NCBI GenBank assembly: GCA_951406725.2
Contig: OX597816.1
Coordinates: 170,004,001 to 170,068,000 of the forward strand
Origin: Octopus vulgaris
Lineage: Eukaryota
Direction: 5' to 3'
DNA: 64,000 nucleotides
The position numbers and the translations under genes are program-made. The notes under the pieces are model-generated. The model saw only the letters and a program-made list of their open reading frames with translations, made no database searches and was not told the origin of the DNA. Within the stretch, counting starts at the first letter, position 1. Every line of letters begins with the position of its first letter. Positions 12,858 to 25,215 of this stretch are shown here, piece by piece.

Positions 12858-13939
12858 TGGATGAAATTTATAAATATTTTATTCTATCGCTACAACCCAT
12901 TCGAAATTCATCGTGGATGAGAATAATGCTTCTATGGAATAAATAAAATTATGAACAGTGAATATATTCAAATATATGGTATATTTCATGTATATCTATG
13001 ATAATTTAACTCGACCAATTTGCGAGGCCAACGTACAATTTAGGATATTTTACTCTCAATGATTTTACGCCCGCGAGATGATGTGTCACCTCACTGGGAC
13101 CAACGAATGTAACATTCTTACGAATATACAATTTCAATAATAGACAGACAGCATTCATGCAATATCATTATATCCTTCTGTTAATATTAATTTTGCTGTA
13201 GGGATTTATCTAATGATGACCGGCTCTCTTCAAAGATTCCTGGACACGTTTTATTTATTGAAATCTTTTAAATTCCTCCAAAAGTTCCTTGTGCGGCTTG
13301 TAATAGTATATCTGGTTGTTCATCATTGGCATCAAACAAACTGAGAAAGTCAATTCACAGACAAAATGTCTGATGATCCATCTGCAGCTTGTTTATCTGC
13401 CCTTAGTTTATTTTGAGTGGTTATATAATGTTTGGGTCGCCAGGAAGAAACAGAGTGGAAATAGGATAAAGTTTTGTAATTTCCACTTTTTCTTGAATCT
13501 ACATGATTGTTTGTGATTTACTAATGACCTGCATGGTATACCTTTTAATCATTTGTACCTACACATACATCTTATTTCTAGGCTCTGTGTGTACAGATGG
13601 CTTTTTTATTATCTAGATAGGATTTAAACTAGATAGGATTTAAACATCGATAAATTTAAATATCAAAAATGTATCTGATTGTGAAAGAATTAATCCGAGT
13701 TTCTAGGAAACCGAAGCTTCCTACAGTGTCACGTCCAATTAGACTTTTCTCGAATTTGTAATTTCATCTAAGTCGCTCAGTACCATTTCGTCCTTCTTCT
13801 CCAGTCTCCTGTTATTGGTGGGTTTATAAGTAATTGATTGCATACTAATACATCAACGTGAACCTTTATACCGTTTTATTTTTCCCTTCTAGATATAAAT
13901 TAATTTTATTTCTCCAAACGCTTATTTATCCTGTAGGAT

Positions 13940-14690
13940 TATTGCAGGTTAGACTTTGTAAGCTGTACGAAGGAAGATGATGGATTTGAACATGTTAAAT
14001 TTGAAGTTTTCTTTTTATTTTTGACTGGAGTGTGTCGAACAAAATAATAATTGAGGTGGTAGACACCAAACCGAAGAAATAGTTTCTGGTTACAGAAGCA
14101 CGCATTAATCAGGACATGTCTATACATTGAGATGTATGTTAAATTCTGTTGTCCTAATGTGTAGCTAGACTAACATTTCTCAAGCATATCGTCTCTTAGC
14201 AAAGACCAAATAAGGTATTTAACATTCTGAGTGACGTTAGGTGCTTCCAGGTCTTTATCAGTCTGTGAGCAATATGGTCGTTGGTACGTCAAACCTTTCT
14301 TTCTATAGAATATTAGCAATGGAGAAGACGATAGAGTTCTAAGAGAGATACTCAACCGCCACAAAGTTCAACTAAGTAATTGATTCTAGAAGATTACCCC
14401 ACTGATAATGTAAACATTAGTAGCATCATCGGAACGTTACCGAATCGAGATAATCTCAATTGATAGTAAAGTGCTGCCTGCAGGAATTGTCCAAAATGCG
14501 CATAGGGCGAGAAAACCGTTCCGCATACACTCATTCAAGGTCCAACACTGCTGAACTACGGGGTTGTGTCGAATATTTGTTTTTGCTGTAGAAAGGATCA
14601 ACTATCAGCCGAATACGTCGTAAGGATCACTATACATTCTACCTTCGATTGGAATTAGCTGGTAGTTTTTGTCTGCCACATAGCTATGGT
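13940..14690 (+). mobile_element. Highly decayed Tx1/L1-like ORF2 3' region
   Basis: GTLPNRDNL ... CPKCA*GEKTVPHTLIQGP resembles the zf-RVT/CCHC segment (ALPVRDKL...CPRC...ETVLHALVQCP). Confidence 0.45.
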
Positions 14691-15390
14691 AAGAGTGATT
14701 TTAAATGAAATAAAACGAAAAGAACTGAGGATATAATCTTTCTTGCTTTAGTATTTGCTATCATGTTCTTTTATCATTTCCCATATTTCCTGTTATTATT
14801 ATGAATATTTCTATTTTTAACGCGACATTCAGATTATCTTTGTATTTTAATAATTTCAGCATTTTCTTTGAGGGGCCTTCATCATTTGTTGGAACTGATA
14901 CAAGGATTAGAAGGCTTTTCTATTTGTAGCGATACTTAACAAAGCCCTGTCAATTAACCTTTATCTCCCTATGTGTATTGGCTTATTCCGGAGATTGTCT
15001 CTTTTGTCAATTTCTGAGACCTTTTATGGTGTAAGCCTATTCTAACGCATTTCTGTTGTTATATTATAAAACTGCCATAAAATCCAAAGTTTGCAATTCC
15101 CAAATCTGCCATGCCAATAGCTACATTTTGCATTAGCTCAGACTACGCAACCAGAGAAAATGTAATTCTCTGTTTCTTCTCTATCATTACATCCTCTGCA
15201 GTTACTGTTTCAGCTTCATTTCACGCTACTGCTTTTTTATAGTAAGAAAGCAGAATGTGGAGGTTAGTTCAATAATTAAAGGTTTTATGCACAATTATTT
15301 GTGTGGGCTTAAATCTAAAGTGAAACTTTGCGTAAATGTTAAAAGCATTCTTAATATAAAGTTAGGAAACCAAAAATAGTTATGTGAATG

Positions 15391-15429
<39 letters not shown>

Positions 15430-16446
15430 TCAATATAGGGTGGCAAAAAATTTCGTAGAATTTATTTGCCACCAGCGGCCTAGTGGGAAAAAATTAAATA
15501 GTCATAGACCATTTATAAGTTCAACATCACAATCAAGGAATGGCCATAATAGGCCATTCACCCACTAGTGGGTGAATGGCCTATATATATATATATATAT
15601 TGTCTATATCATTAGCCACCTAGCCATATAAGTCATATAGATTTGAAACTACAAGGGTCAAATCAGGATTTGTAAGGTGTTATTTTCCAACAGTAAAACA
15701 ACAACAAACTGAAATGGAGTAGAATATAGAGAAAAGAAATTCAATCATGTGTATCAATTGCGAAATAGGTTTCTCGTTTTGAATAATCCTAAGATGAAAT
15801 TACAAATTCGAGAAAAGTCTAATTGGACGTGACACTGTAGGAAGCTTCGGTTTCCTAGAAACTCGGATTAATTCTTTCACAATCAGATAAATTTTTGATA
15901 TTTAAGTTTATCGATGTATTCTAGAATAGTTTAAATCCCATCTAGATAATAAAAAAAATATTTGAATTTAAGGAATAACAATTTGAAAATTCCATAATCT
16001 TATTCTGCCAATTATTCTGCCATAATCTTATTCTGCCATTTTTTTCTCCATGTTAACGAAGAACCAGTTGTGCACGCCAGAAAATAATCTCGAAAACCAA
16101 CGCAGGTCTCTCGTATCACGAATTTGTCTAATTATATGGGGTAAAGGCATGCTGCAGAGTGAAGCAGTTCGCTCCAAAAGTACGTGGTTTCGGGTTTAAC
16201 TTCACCACGCAGCACATTGTCATTTAACTATAAGTGTCTTCTACTAGGGTCTCAGACTTTGCATGTTTTGGGTGTGAGGGCGCGTGGGTGTGTGTGGGTG
16301 GGGGGTGAATGCGTGTGTGTGCGTGTGTGCGTCAGCTTCTGTATGTCTATATGTGTGTGCGCGTGTGTGTATGTACTGGAATTGTTCATAATTACATGTA
16401 TTTATCTTTATGGATTTCTGTATATCCTGCTTTCATTGTGATGTGC

Positions 16447-16535
<89 letters not shown>

Positions 16536-16868
16536 CATATATATGTATATATATATATCTTTTCATTTGTCTTGCTCGCTTACGTTCTGGCGTTTGTTAA
16601 ATTTTCTTGAGAACATTTCTTTCTTAGTGGTAAGATGATAGGGGTCTACTTCTAGCATAATGGATGTCCACTTAGTGGTCATCGTCTTATTTGTATGTAA
16701 TATATATAAACGCATTGAGTCGAACCAGGGGCAGCTGATGAAGGGGAATTTTCCTTGTATTGTTTGTCCTGTACTCTGTTTTTTCGTTGTTAAAAAAAGT
16801 CCGTTTCCTTGTTTGATTTTATGTTTTCGTATCTCGTTGTGTTCTACGTTTATTTGTGGTGTCCTGTA

Positions 16869-16905
<37 letters not shown>

Positions 16906-17026
16906 TTGTATATATACATATAGATGTAAGTATGTACATATATGTATGTATATATGCATATATTTTATTTATTTATTTATTGTTATTATATGACCGAACG
17001 CACGCGTTGTTTCTCTTCTCCAAGTA

Positions 17027-17071
<45 letters not shown>

Positions 17072-17125
17072 AGTGAATTGAAGAAATGGAGTTGAACGAA
17101 GATTGAACAGAAATCGTTTTATTGC

Positions 17126-17208
17126 ATTCTACACGTGTTTCGAAAGGCACAATTTACCAAATTCCGATTGAATAATGAGACCATATTGTGTCTTTCTCTT
17201 CAGGAAGA
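17126..17208 (-). ncRNA. Minimal type I hammerhead ribozyme (left arm)
   Basis: Reverse complement of 17961-18042. Confidence 0.75.
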
Positions 17209-17960
17209 AATAGGAAATCCGTTGGAAAAAACAAAAACAGAACAGAGGCGGAGCAAAACAAATCGAACGAGGCTCCTAAGAGCCCATGGCCAAACTGTTT
17301 ACTAATGTATGTTGAAAACGGGTGGTGGGTGCGTTGAAGATTTTAACGGGTCAGGCAGCGGTCATTCCGGTGGGTGAGGGCACGGGGTGCGTAGATGTTC
17401 TTTGTGACCGAGACTAAAGTTCTGACTATTTAAAGAATATTAGGTGTATTATATGGGGCGAGCCAAAATCTACTTAGAAACATGTGTGTGTGTACTGTTC
17501 TATATATGTGCGGCCGCAAGTTGGTAAGAAGCGCTACACTCTGGTCACTGCTGAGAAATCCGTCAGGGGGTAGAAAATATTTTATGTGTACGTGTGTGCG
17601 TTTGATCGCGCGGCCGCCAGTTGGTAAACAGCTCTACACAATGGTCACTGCTGTAAAATCCGTCGGGCGGCAGAAAAATATTTTATGTGTGCGTGTGTTC
17701 GTCTAATCATGCCTAATAATACACCTAATATTCTTTAAATAGTCAGAACTTTAGTCTCGGTCACAAAGAACATCTACGCACCCCGTGCCCTCACCCACCG
17801 GAATGACCGCTGCCTGACCCGTTAAAATCTTCAACGCACCCACCACCCGTTTTCAACATACATTGGTAAACAGTTTGGCCATGGGCTCTTAAGAGCCTCG
17901 TTCGATTTGTTTTGCTCCGCCTCTGTTCTGTTTTTGTTTTTTCCAACGGATTTCCTATTT

Positions 17961-18042
17961 CTTCCTGAAGAGAAAGACACAATATGGTCTCATTATTCAA
18001 TCGGAATTTGGTAAATTGTGCCTTTCGAAACACGTGTAGAAT
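17961..18042 (+). ncRNA. Minimal type I hammerhead ribozyme
   Basis: ttc-CTGAAGA-gaaagacacaat...attgtgcctttc-GAAA-cacgtg-TA-gaa: 11/12-bp stem II, palindromic stem III ACACGTGT, GUA cleavage triplet, short stem I. Confidence 0.78.
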
Positions 18043-18783
18043 GCAATAAAACGATTTCTGTTCAATCTTCGTTCAACTCCATTTCTTCAATTCACTAATA
18101 ATATTAAAATTCAATTATCCGCACCAACGCACGGTTGCAACACCATATGGTTGTACCTCCAACCGTGCTGTCTTCTGCTGTGATTTTTGCTACCAAGGTA
18201 TCGGTTAACTTTTGATTAATCTGCAACAAGATTATTCATCTTTCTATTTCACAAAATATATATATATACACATGTCCTTCCATTCACACGGATGTACACA
18301 CGCCCACATTGTTTTTACCTTGCGTGGGTCGTGACAGAAGTGTTGCAGTTATTTACTATGTATATTTTGTATTTTGTGTTGGCAATATTTCATTTATAAA
18401 AACAGATACTTGTTTCTGTCGTAAGTATATGTGTTAAATATACATGTGAATATATATATACAGTTATATATGATTGCATATGTATATGTATGGAGGTATA
18501 TGTCTTTATATATATTTATAAGTGTATGTTTTGGTCAGTATTCATAAAGGCAGTTTTGTAACTGTTGTCATTTTACTTTCATTCCCTTAAATTAAAGGCT
18601 AGTCAATAGAGAAATTTACGATATGAACCATGCTTAAGAAAAACCACTGGTTCAATCTTGTAGGCTACATCATTAAAGACGATATGGCTGTAATCCAGTG
18701 ACTGGAGCCAGTAAAGCAATAATTATGCAAATTAATGCATATAAGAGTTTATTTAACGTAGATCAGTGTGATTTTAAACACAT

Positions 18784-19195
18784 CTCTCTTACTCTCTTAC
18801 TTGTTTCAGTCATTTGACTGCGGCCATGCTGGAGCACCGCCTTTAGTCGAGCAAATCGACCCTGGGACTTATTCTTTTGTAAGCCCAGTACTTATTCTAT
18901 CGGTCTCTTTTGCCGAGCCGCTAGGTGACGGGGACGTAAACACACCAGCATCGGTTGTCAAGCAATGCTAGGGGGACAAACACAGACACACAAACATATA
19001 AACACACATACATACATATATATACATATATACGACAGGCTTCTTTCAGTTTCCGTCTACCAAATCCACTCACAAGGCTTTGGTCGGCCCGAGGCTATAG
19101 CAGAAGACACTTGCCCAAGATGCCACGCAGTGGGACTGAACCCGGAATCATGTGGTTGGTGAGCAAGCTACTTACCACACAGCCACTCCTGCGCC
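18784..19195 (-). mobile_element. SINE family A
   Basis: Near-identical to 12445-12857. Confidence 0.92.
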
Positions 19196-19866
19196 TATAG
19201 TATATAGTATATATACATCTATGTATTTTTTTAAATGAACGATTCGTAGTTTCTGTCAAGACAGCTGTAGCCTCATTCGTTCCTATGCACTTACACTTCG
19301 CTCCTAGTGAAACTGCACGTTTTCACACTCCCGCTCGACATAGTTGCAAAACAAAACTACTTTTCTGAAAGAAATATATATATATATCGATTTCTTTCGC
19401 ATAACTGAAAGATCAATTTCTGAAAGCAATAGATATAGACAACGGCATCAATGAAATAAACTCCAGTGTGAAATTACTATTTATTTTATCGATCACAGAC
19501 TGAGAAAGCTGATCCCGGTGATATTGAGAGGGATAAAATTAAATGCAGCAGAACACCTTAGGCATTAATCTACTGATATACCCACTTTTGTTACTCTTAA
19601 CATTTTCAGTAATCTTCTCTGAATCAGATGGCACACGCACAAACACATATACCCGCATACACAGCGAGCAGCAAGTAACTCATAAATGCTTACAGTGATT
19701 TATATCCAAGCCTATCCATGTATATAAACAAACACAATAAGAGATAGCTAACGATGAATGTTTCTTTTGACTATGAGTGTGTGTGTGTGTGGGACGTGTG
19801 GCTTAGAAATGTATCCATGTATATAGGTATGTAGATATATGTATTATACACACATACACACGCACG

Positions 19867-19912
<46 letters not shown>

Positions 19913-19917
<5 letters not shown>

Positions 19918-20095
19918 AGAATTCACGAAAACAAACAAAAGACGAAGACAGGTGGTGTAGAAAACAAATAGATGTATTAGTATGACGTTTCGAGCCTATG
20001 CTCTTCCAAAGAAAGGAACACAGAAAGAAACAAAGAGAGAAACAAGGAGAGAAAAAAATGTATGTAGTGGCTACCGATCTATCATGCCGACTGCT
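19913..20095 (-). mobile_element. (TA)n-flanked pLTR-like module with degenerate hammerhead (19981-20016)
   Basis: Reverse complement tttggaa-GAGC-atag-GCTC-GAAA-cg-TC; same layout as 47381-47415 but the core is decayed. Confidence 0.5.
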
Positions 20096-20103
20096 ATATA
20101 CAT

Positions 20104-20203
<100 letters not shown>

Positions 20204-20470
20204 AACACACGGAGAGAGAGAGATACAGAGATATGTATATCAGGAAGGTATAGAATGGTTGTGTAGTTAAGAAATTAGTTTCATAGCCATATGCTTTTGA
20301 GTTCGCCACCATTAAACGCTACGAGGGCAAATACCTCCCACCAGTTTCCAGGTAGATCGCAGACTGTGAAAGCTGATCCCGGTGCTAAATTTAGAGGAAG
20401 CAGAACACCTTAGGCATTAATCTACTGATATACCCACTTTTGTCACTCCTAACATTTTTCAGTAGTGAAA

Positions 20471-20643
20471 CACATACATACGACGGGTTTCTTTCAGTTT
20501 CCGTCTAACAAATCCACTCACAAGGCTTTGGTTGGTCCGAAACTATAATAGAAGACACTTGCCGAAGATACCGCGCAGTGGGACTGAACCCGGAAACATG
20601 TGGTTGGTAAACAAGTTTCTTATGACACGGCCACGCCTGCTCC
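20471..20643 (-). mobile_element. SINE family A, 5' half; diverged + strand pieces also at ~20245-20365 and ~20760-20975
   Basis: ttcagtttccgtct..aaatccactcacaaggc...gggactgaacccgg. Confidence 0.8.
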
Positions 20644-21010
20644 TATATATCACTGTACTACACATCTCATTACCCTGCATACACACACACACTCTCATAT
20701 ATGTGTATGTTTGTGGTTTGTTTGTGTGTGTGAGTGTGTATGTGTGTTTGTGTGTGATTGCTTGTGTCTGTGTTTCTGTGTTTTTGCTTATATCCCACTA
20801 CTGTTCGACAAATGTACGTCCTCGTAGATGAGCGATTCGCAGTTCAGCGAAAGTGATGGCCAAAATAAGTAGCAGGTTTAAAGCAATAACTACTGGTGTC
20901 GATTTGTCTGACCAAAATTCTCGCAGGCGGTGACCCAGCAGGGCTGCACTCTAATGTCTAAAACAAGAGAAAGGTAAAGGATGGATGTATGTAGTTGTAT
21001 GTGTGTATAT

Positions 21011-21394
21011 GTGGAGGCGCAATGGCCCAGTGGTTAGGGCAGCGGACTCGCGGTCGTAGGATCGCGGTTTCGATTCCCAGACCGGGCGTTGTGAGTGTTT
21101 ATTGAGCGAAAACACCTAAAGCTCCACGAGGCTCCGGCAGGGGATGGTGGTGATCCCTGCTGTACTCTTTCACCACGACTTTCTCTCACTCTTACTTCCT
21201 GTTTCTGTTGTACCTGTATTTCAAAGGGCCGGCCTTATCACTCTCTGTGTCACGCTGAATATCCCCGAGAACTACGTTAAGGGTACACGTGTCTGTGGAG
21301 TGCTCAGCCACTTACACGTTAATTTCACGAGCAGGCTGTTCCGTTGATCGCATCAACCGGAACCCTCGTCGTCGTAACCGACGGAGTGCTTCCC
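21011..21394 (+). mobile_element. tRNA-derived SINE, family B
   Basis: ggaggcgcaatggcccagtggttagggcagcggactcgcggtcgtaggatcgcggtttcgattccc tRNA-like head; head repeated at 46514-46632, tail at 30413-30590 and 57909-57953. Confidence 0.88.
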
Positions 21395-21539
21395 ATGTGT
21401 GTATATATGTAAATATGCAAATTAAATATGCCAATCAAAGAGATGTTAGGCTGTTTGACATCTAAAGGAAGTTGCTTCTCCAGTTATCGTTGGCGAATAT
21501 AGATTAGTCGACTAGTTGTTGTCATTAGATGTGTCTAGA

Positions 21540-22030
21540 ATAACTGGGCATTTCGACCTCAAAACGTAATTTTCTCCTGTCGGGATTTTCGGTAGTGGGG
21601 ATCAGATCGCATCTCATCTTCGCCTCCTCTTTTGCTCCAAAAGTAGCAAGAAGCTCTTTCTCTACCTCCTCCACACTGTGCACAGCTGCGTTTTTCTTTT
21701 TCAAATATCAATGGCTGTACGCATTCTCTATAATAACTTTTACAGCCAACTTCAACTGGGAGTAACTATCTCTTCTACTTCTAATCCTGCAAAGGATTCT
21801 ATTACCAGGTGTGCTTCCATTCAAACGCTTGATCTCACTTTTCTTACTATAGGACTAAAAGCTCAATTAGGTGTTTCTTCTTTGCTACAAAATATGTCTG
21901 ACTCCCGAGTCTTCTGGGCGATTTGGGAAAGAGCAAACTTTAACCCAGGTCTACTTTCATATCCCATGATTGGCTTCCCTCCTTTCCACACGAATGCGAT
22001 TGGCGGCGTTGTTATCTCTTGCTTTTGTCG
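21540..22030 (-). mobile_element. Decayed L1/Tx1-like ORF2 fragment
   Basis: Minus strand IAFVWKGGKPIM and YYRECVQPL resemble the post-RT F-x-W-KG-x-x-P segment of L1/Tx1. Confidence 0.35.
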
Positions 22031-22795
22031 TCCTTGTGTCTCTCCTACACTCAGGTTTTATTAAAAGAAACAGAACTTATTAACTGAACAGCAGTTTCGC
22101 GTAGAATATTTGTCTGTCATTGACTATGATTACACGCAAGTCGCGAAGTACGGCAGCAAATGTTGTTTTTATTTGCAAGTTTACAATATATAAGACCCAC
22201 AATACAGCTTTATACTTAGTAAATCCAAACATATATGCACACACACCCGCCCCCAACACATAAATGAATATATATATATATATATATCTCATAGCCATAG
22301 GGCTAACAGTTCTACAATTCAAGAAGTCTATCGAAGACGTTCGAAGGTAGAGTGTATTATATTTCAAAATTTTCTTACGCTTTGTAAGATCTGTCATTTC
22401 GAAAACAGTAAAGGTACGCCTGGAGATATCTAGAGATGTCAATAATTTGTATGTCGCTAAGTCATAAGCCATTGTTGTTCACTGGTGGTTGGTGCAAATA
22501 TGTGTCGTTGTATGCGTATGTCAATAAATGTGTTACTGTGTAATGATCAATCTGGTTAAGATGAAGGTGGGAAAGAAATAGGAAAAGTTCGGGTGTTCTA
22601 TTGAGAAAAACGCAGTACAAAGAGACAATATGATTTCATACATAAAATTCACTTCTCACCACTACATACCTATATAATATATACAAACACTCACATACAT
22701 ATATGTGTGTGTATTTGTTTGTATATTCACACACATACACACACACATACACATACATACATACATACATACACACAGACGCACACAAACACACT

Positions 22796-22847
<52 letters not shown>

Positions 22848-23042
22848 ATGTATGTATGTTTATATATGTATATTTGCCTGTGTGTATCTGTATGTTTGCG
22901 TGCGTATAACTGTAGTGTGATAATCGAAAGCGTGGGGTATGGAGAAAATTTTGTACATTCCAACAACAATACAATACACATGCGCACAATACATACACAC
23001 ACCCACACCCACAGACACATACACACACACACACACTCACAT

Positions 23043-23784
23043 ATGGCATGCATTCGAGAAGTTTTTAGACTTTCTCGTCAGAAGCAGTTATAACAATAAT
23101 TGTAATTTTAGTTTATCATTTCTAAACAGACCAGTCAAACTGTGGCAATTCCAGATTGAAGAAGACGGCTGTAACATCACTTTGAACACACCCTACTAAG
23201 CACGCTGCGTTTGCTGCATGCAGTCAGGAAGTGAAGACAGTTTGGAAGGTCACTATGCTATAAAGTTTTGAGTTAAACTGGGCAAAAAAGCTACATGACC
23301 TTGTGAAAGGGTGTAGACTGGTTACAGATCATCCACTTTTTCGATGAGAAGGACATCATCTATAACCAGTGGGTTTTCTCTTGTCAGATGGTTGATAAAG
23401 AGTACTTTGTTGAGATTCCGAGGGAGTTCAGAAAATATTACGTCGCATAACGCCGGATCACTTGCACCAACAGAATGTGTTAGTCCACAACTTCTTCCGT
23501 GTAACCTACTATTTGGTAATCTCTGTCAAAACTGTTCCTCCCTATAGTTCAGATATTGCTTCCTCTTATCTTTGGTTGTTCTCTACGTTGGAGATGCAGT
23601 TGACAGAAGCTGTGGCACCTTTGATCTGGAGGACTTCCACGTGGACTTCACGAAGTGGAGAGAGCACTACAAGTACATTGATGTCACAGGTTCCTACTTT
23701 GAAGGAAAATGATATTTTGTACTTTGTAATTAATAAGGCCTCTCCAGAAAAAAAAGTCTCAAAACTTCTGGAATAAACCTTTTA
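23043..23784 (+). mobile_element. Internally deleted mariner (Tc1/mariner) remnant with TIRs
   Basis: HYAIKF*VKLGKKAT and VPPYSSDIASSYLWLF (YSPDLAP motif); imperfect TIRs attcgagaagtttttagacttt / aaagtctcaaaacttctggaat. Confidence 0.75.
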
Positions 23785-23811
23785 TATTCATAATTGTTAC
23801 AATATCAAGTT

Positions 23812-24197
23812 ATAACTATTATATAAAATCCGTTCTGTCTGTCTGTGTGTCTTCTAGGATCTCGGACATCCTCCATCCGATTGCACTCAAATTTGATATG
23901 TAGATACCAACGGTATCAGGGCGTGTATAAGCCTTGCAAAAATTACAAAAATCGATTCCAGGGCAGAATGCGATCGATCGATAAAGCTGTGGGAACGTGG
24001 ATTTGTACGCGGAAGTACATCAGCTGGTGTGATCGATATCTTTATTTCTTCTTTTGCTGGTGTCTCAAATTTAGGTTAAATCAGTGTTTCTGAAAGGGGA
24101 GGCCTATGGGACGGTCGGACAAGTTGTTTTGAGAAAATTTGGTTTAAATGTTTGACAACTCAGCACCGTCCATTAGATGGGGTGGGGACGTTTTACT

Positions 24198-24200
<3 letters not shown>
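23812..24200 (+). mobile_element. Possible non-autonomous Helitron-like 5' portion
   Basis: ctattatataaaa...ctgtctgtctgtgtg...catccgattgcactcaaatttg start resembles the 5' end of the Helitron at 40745-41120; no CTAG/hairpin end seen. Confidence 0.35.
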
Positions 24201-24262
<62 letters not shown>

Positions 24263-25091
24263 ATATGTATATATGGATCAAAGGAGTTTGATTTAAATTC
24301 GTTGTTACACTTGAATTTGAATTTGAATGACAGAAGTTGATTGTTATTATTGTAAGGTGGGCTGCGATTGGTCAAAGATGGTCACGCGGTGTCGTGGTTT
24401 AATGTTGGTATATGGGTAACAGTTATTCGGAAAACACCGCATGGCGAACTGGATATTGACCACGTGGAGGACAGAAAATAAACCACCTGGTGATTAGAAA
24501 TCGGTCAGGTTGTTGGGGGAGGTCGGAAGAGGCGGCATGTGTGTAGACACCCTCATATAGTTTTGCGTGGATGTGAATACTGATACGAGTGTGCGCATCT
24601 GTACATAGGCGCACACGCGCACGTCTACACACACGCGCGCATAGGCTGTTTACGCGCGTGCACACGCACACACATACGCACACATTCGCGCTCACGTACA
24701 CGCACATACGCACACATGCATACACATACACACACACACACACATATACGGATTCATTCATATGTACATACGCATGCATACCAATGTGCGCGTGCACATG
24801 CGCATGCGCTTGTATACATGCGGAAAACAAGTGTCGGGGATTAGTAACCGTTAGAGATAGGCGGTCCTACTCATGGTGTTGGTCGGTAAGGGTGACCTTG
24901 GTGCAGACGGTGCAGACGGTGCAGACGGTGCAGTGTAGCAGATGGTGCTACGGTGGTATTTTCCATGCAGTATTTTCCAACTAGCTATTACCCATATAAC
25001 AACATCAAACCATGACACCGAGTAACCTTCATCGACAAATCACACCCGACCTAACGGTAATAGCAATAGATATATATATATATATATATAT

Positions 25092-25215
25092 TGATAAAAA
25101 TGGTAAGACAACAAAAGAATGAAAGAGATCTCGATATTATATAAATAGAGGAATTTATCCGAGTTTCGTATGCCGAGGTGGAAATCCACGCCGCCATCTC
25201 TTCAGTTATCCGGCC
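25092..25215 (-). mobile_element. pLTR-like fragment with truncated hammerhead
   Basis: Reverse complement CTGAAGA-gatggcggcgtgg...ccacctcggcatac-GAAA-ctcgg, fused to sequence homologous to 41170-41240. Confidence 0.5.

Larger units (their letters stand above)
17064..18257. mobile_element. Penelope-like pLTR fold-back element: ~388-bp inverted arms (17064-17451 / 17717-18104) plus a 3' extension, flanked by (TA)n
   Basis: Arms are near-identical reverse complements, each with a minimal hammerhead; extension 18105-18257 is homologous to 45100-45240, 51840-51915 and the reverse complement of 54917-55057. Confidence 0.85.

Noticed and set aside
12391-12946. Recurrent ORFs such as MSSNARGTNTDTQ and FDCGHAGAPPLVEQ that look like a gene family
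   Set aside because: They are antisense readings of SINE family A copies.
16725-16760. CTGATGA motif in a TA-flanked repeat
   Set aside because: No stem II followed by GAAA downstream, so a hammerhead cannot be folded.
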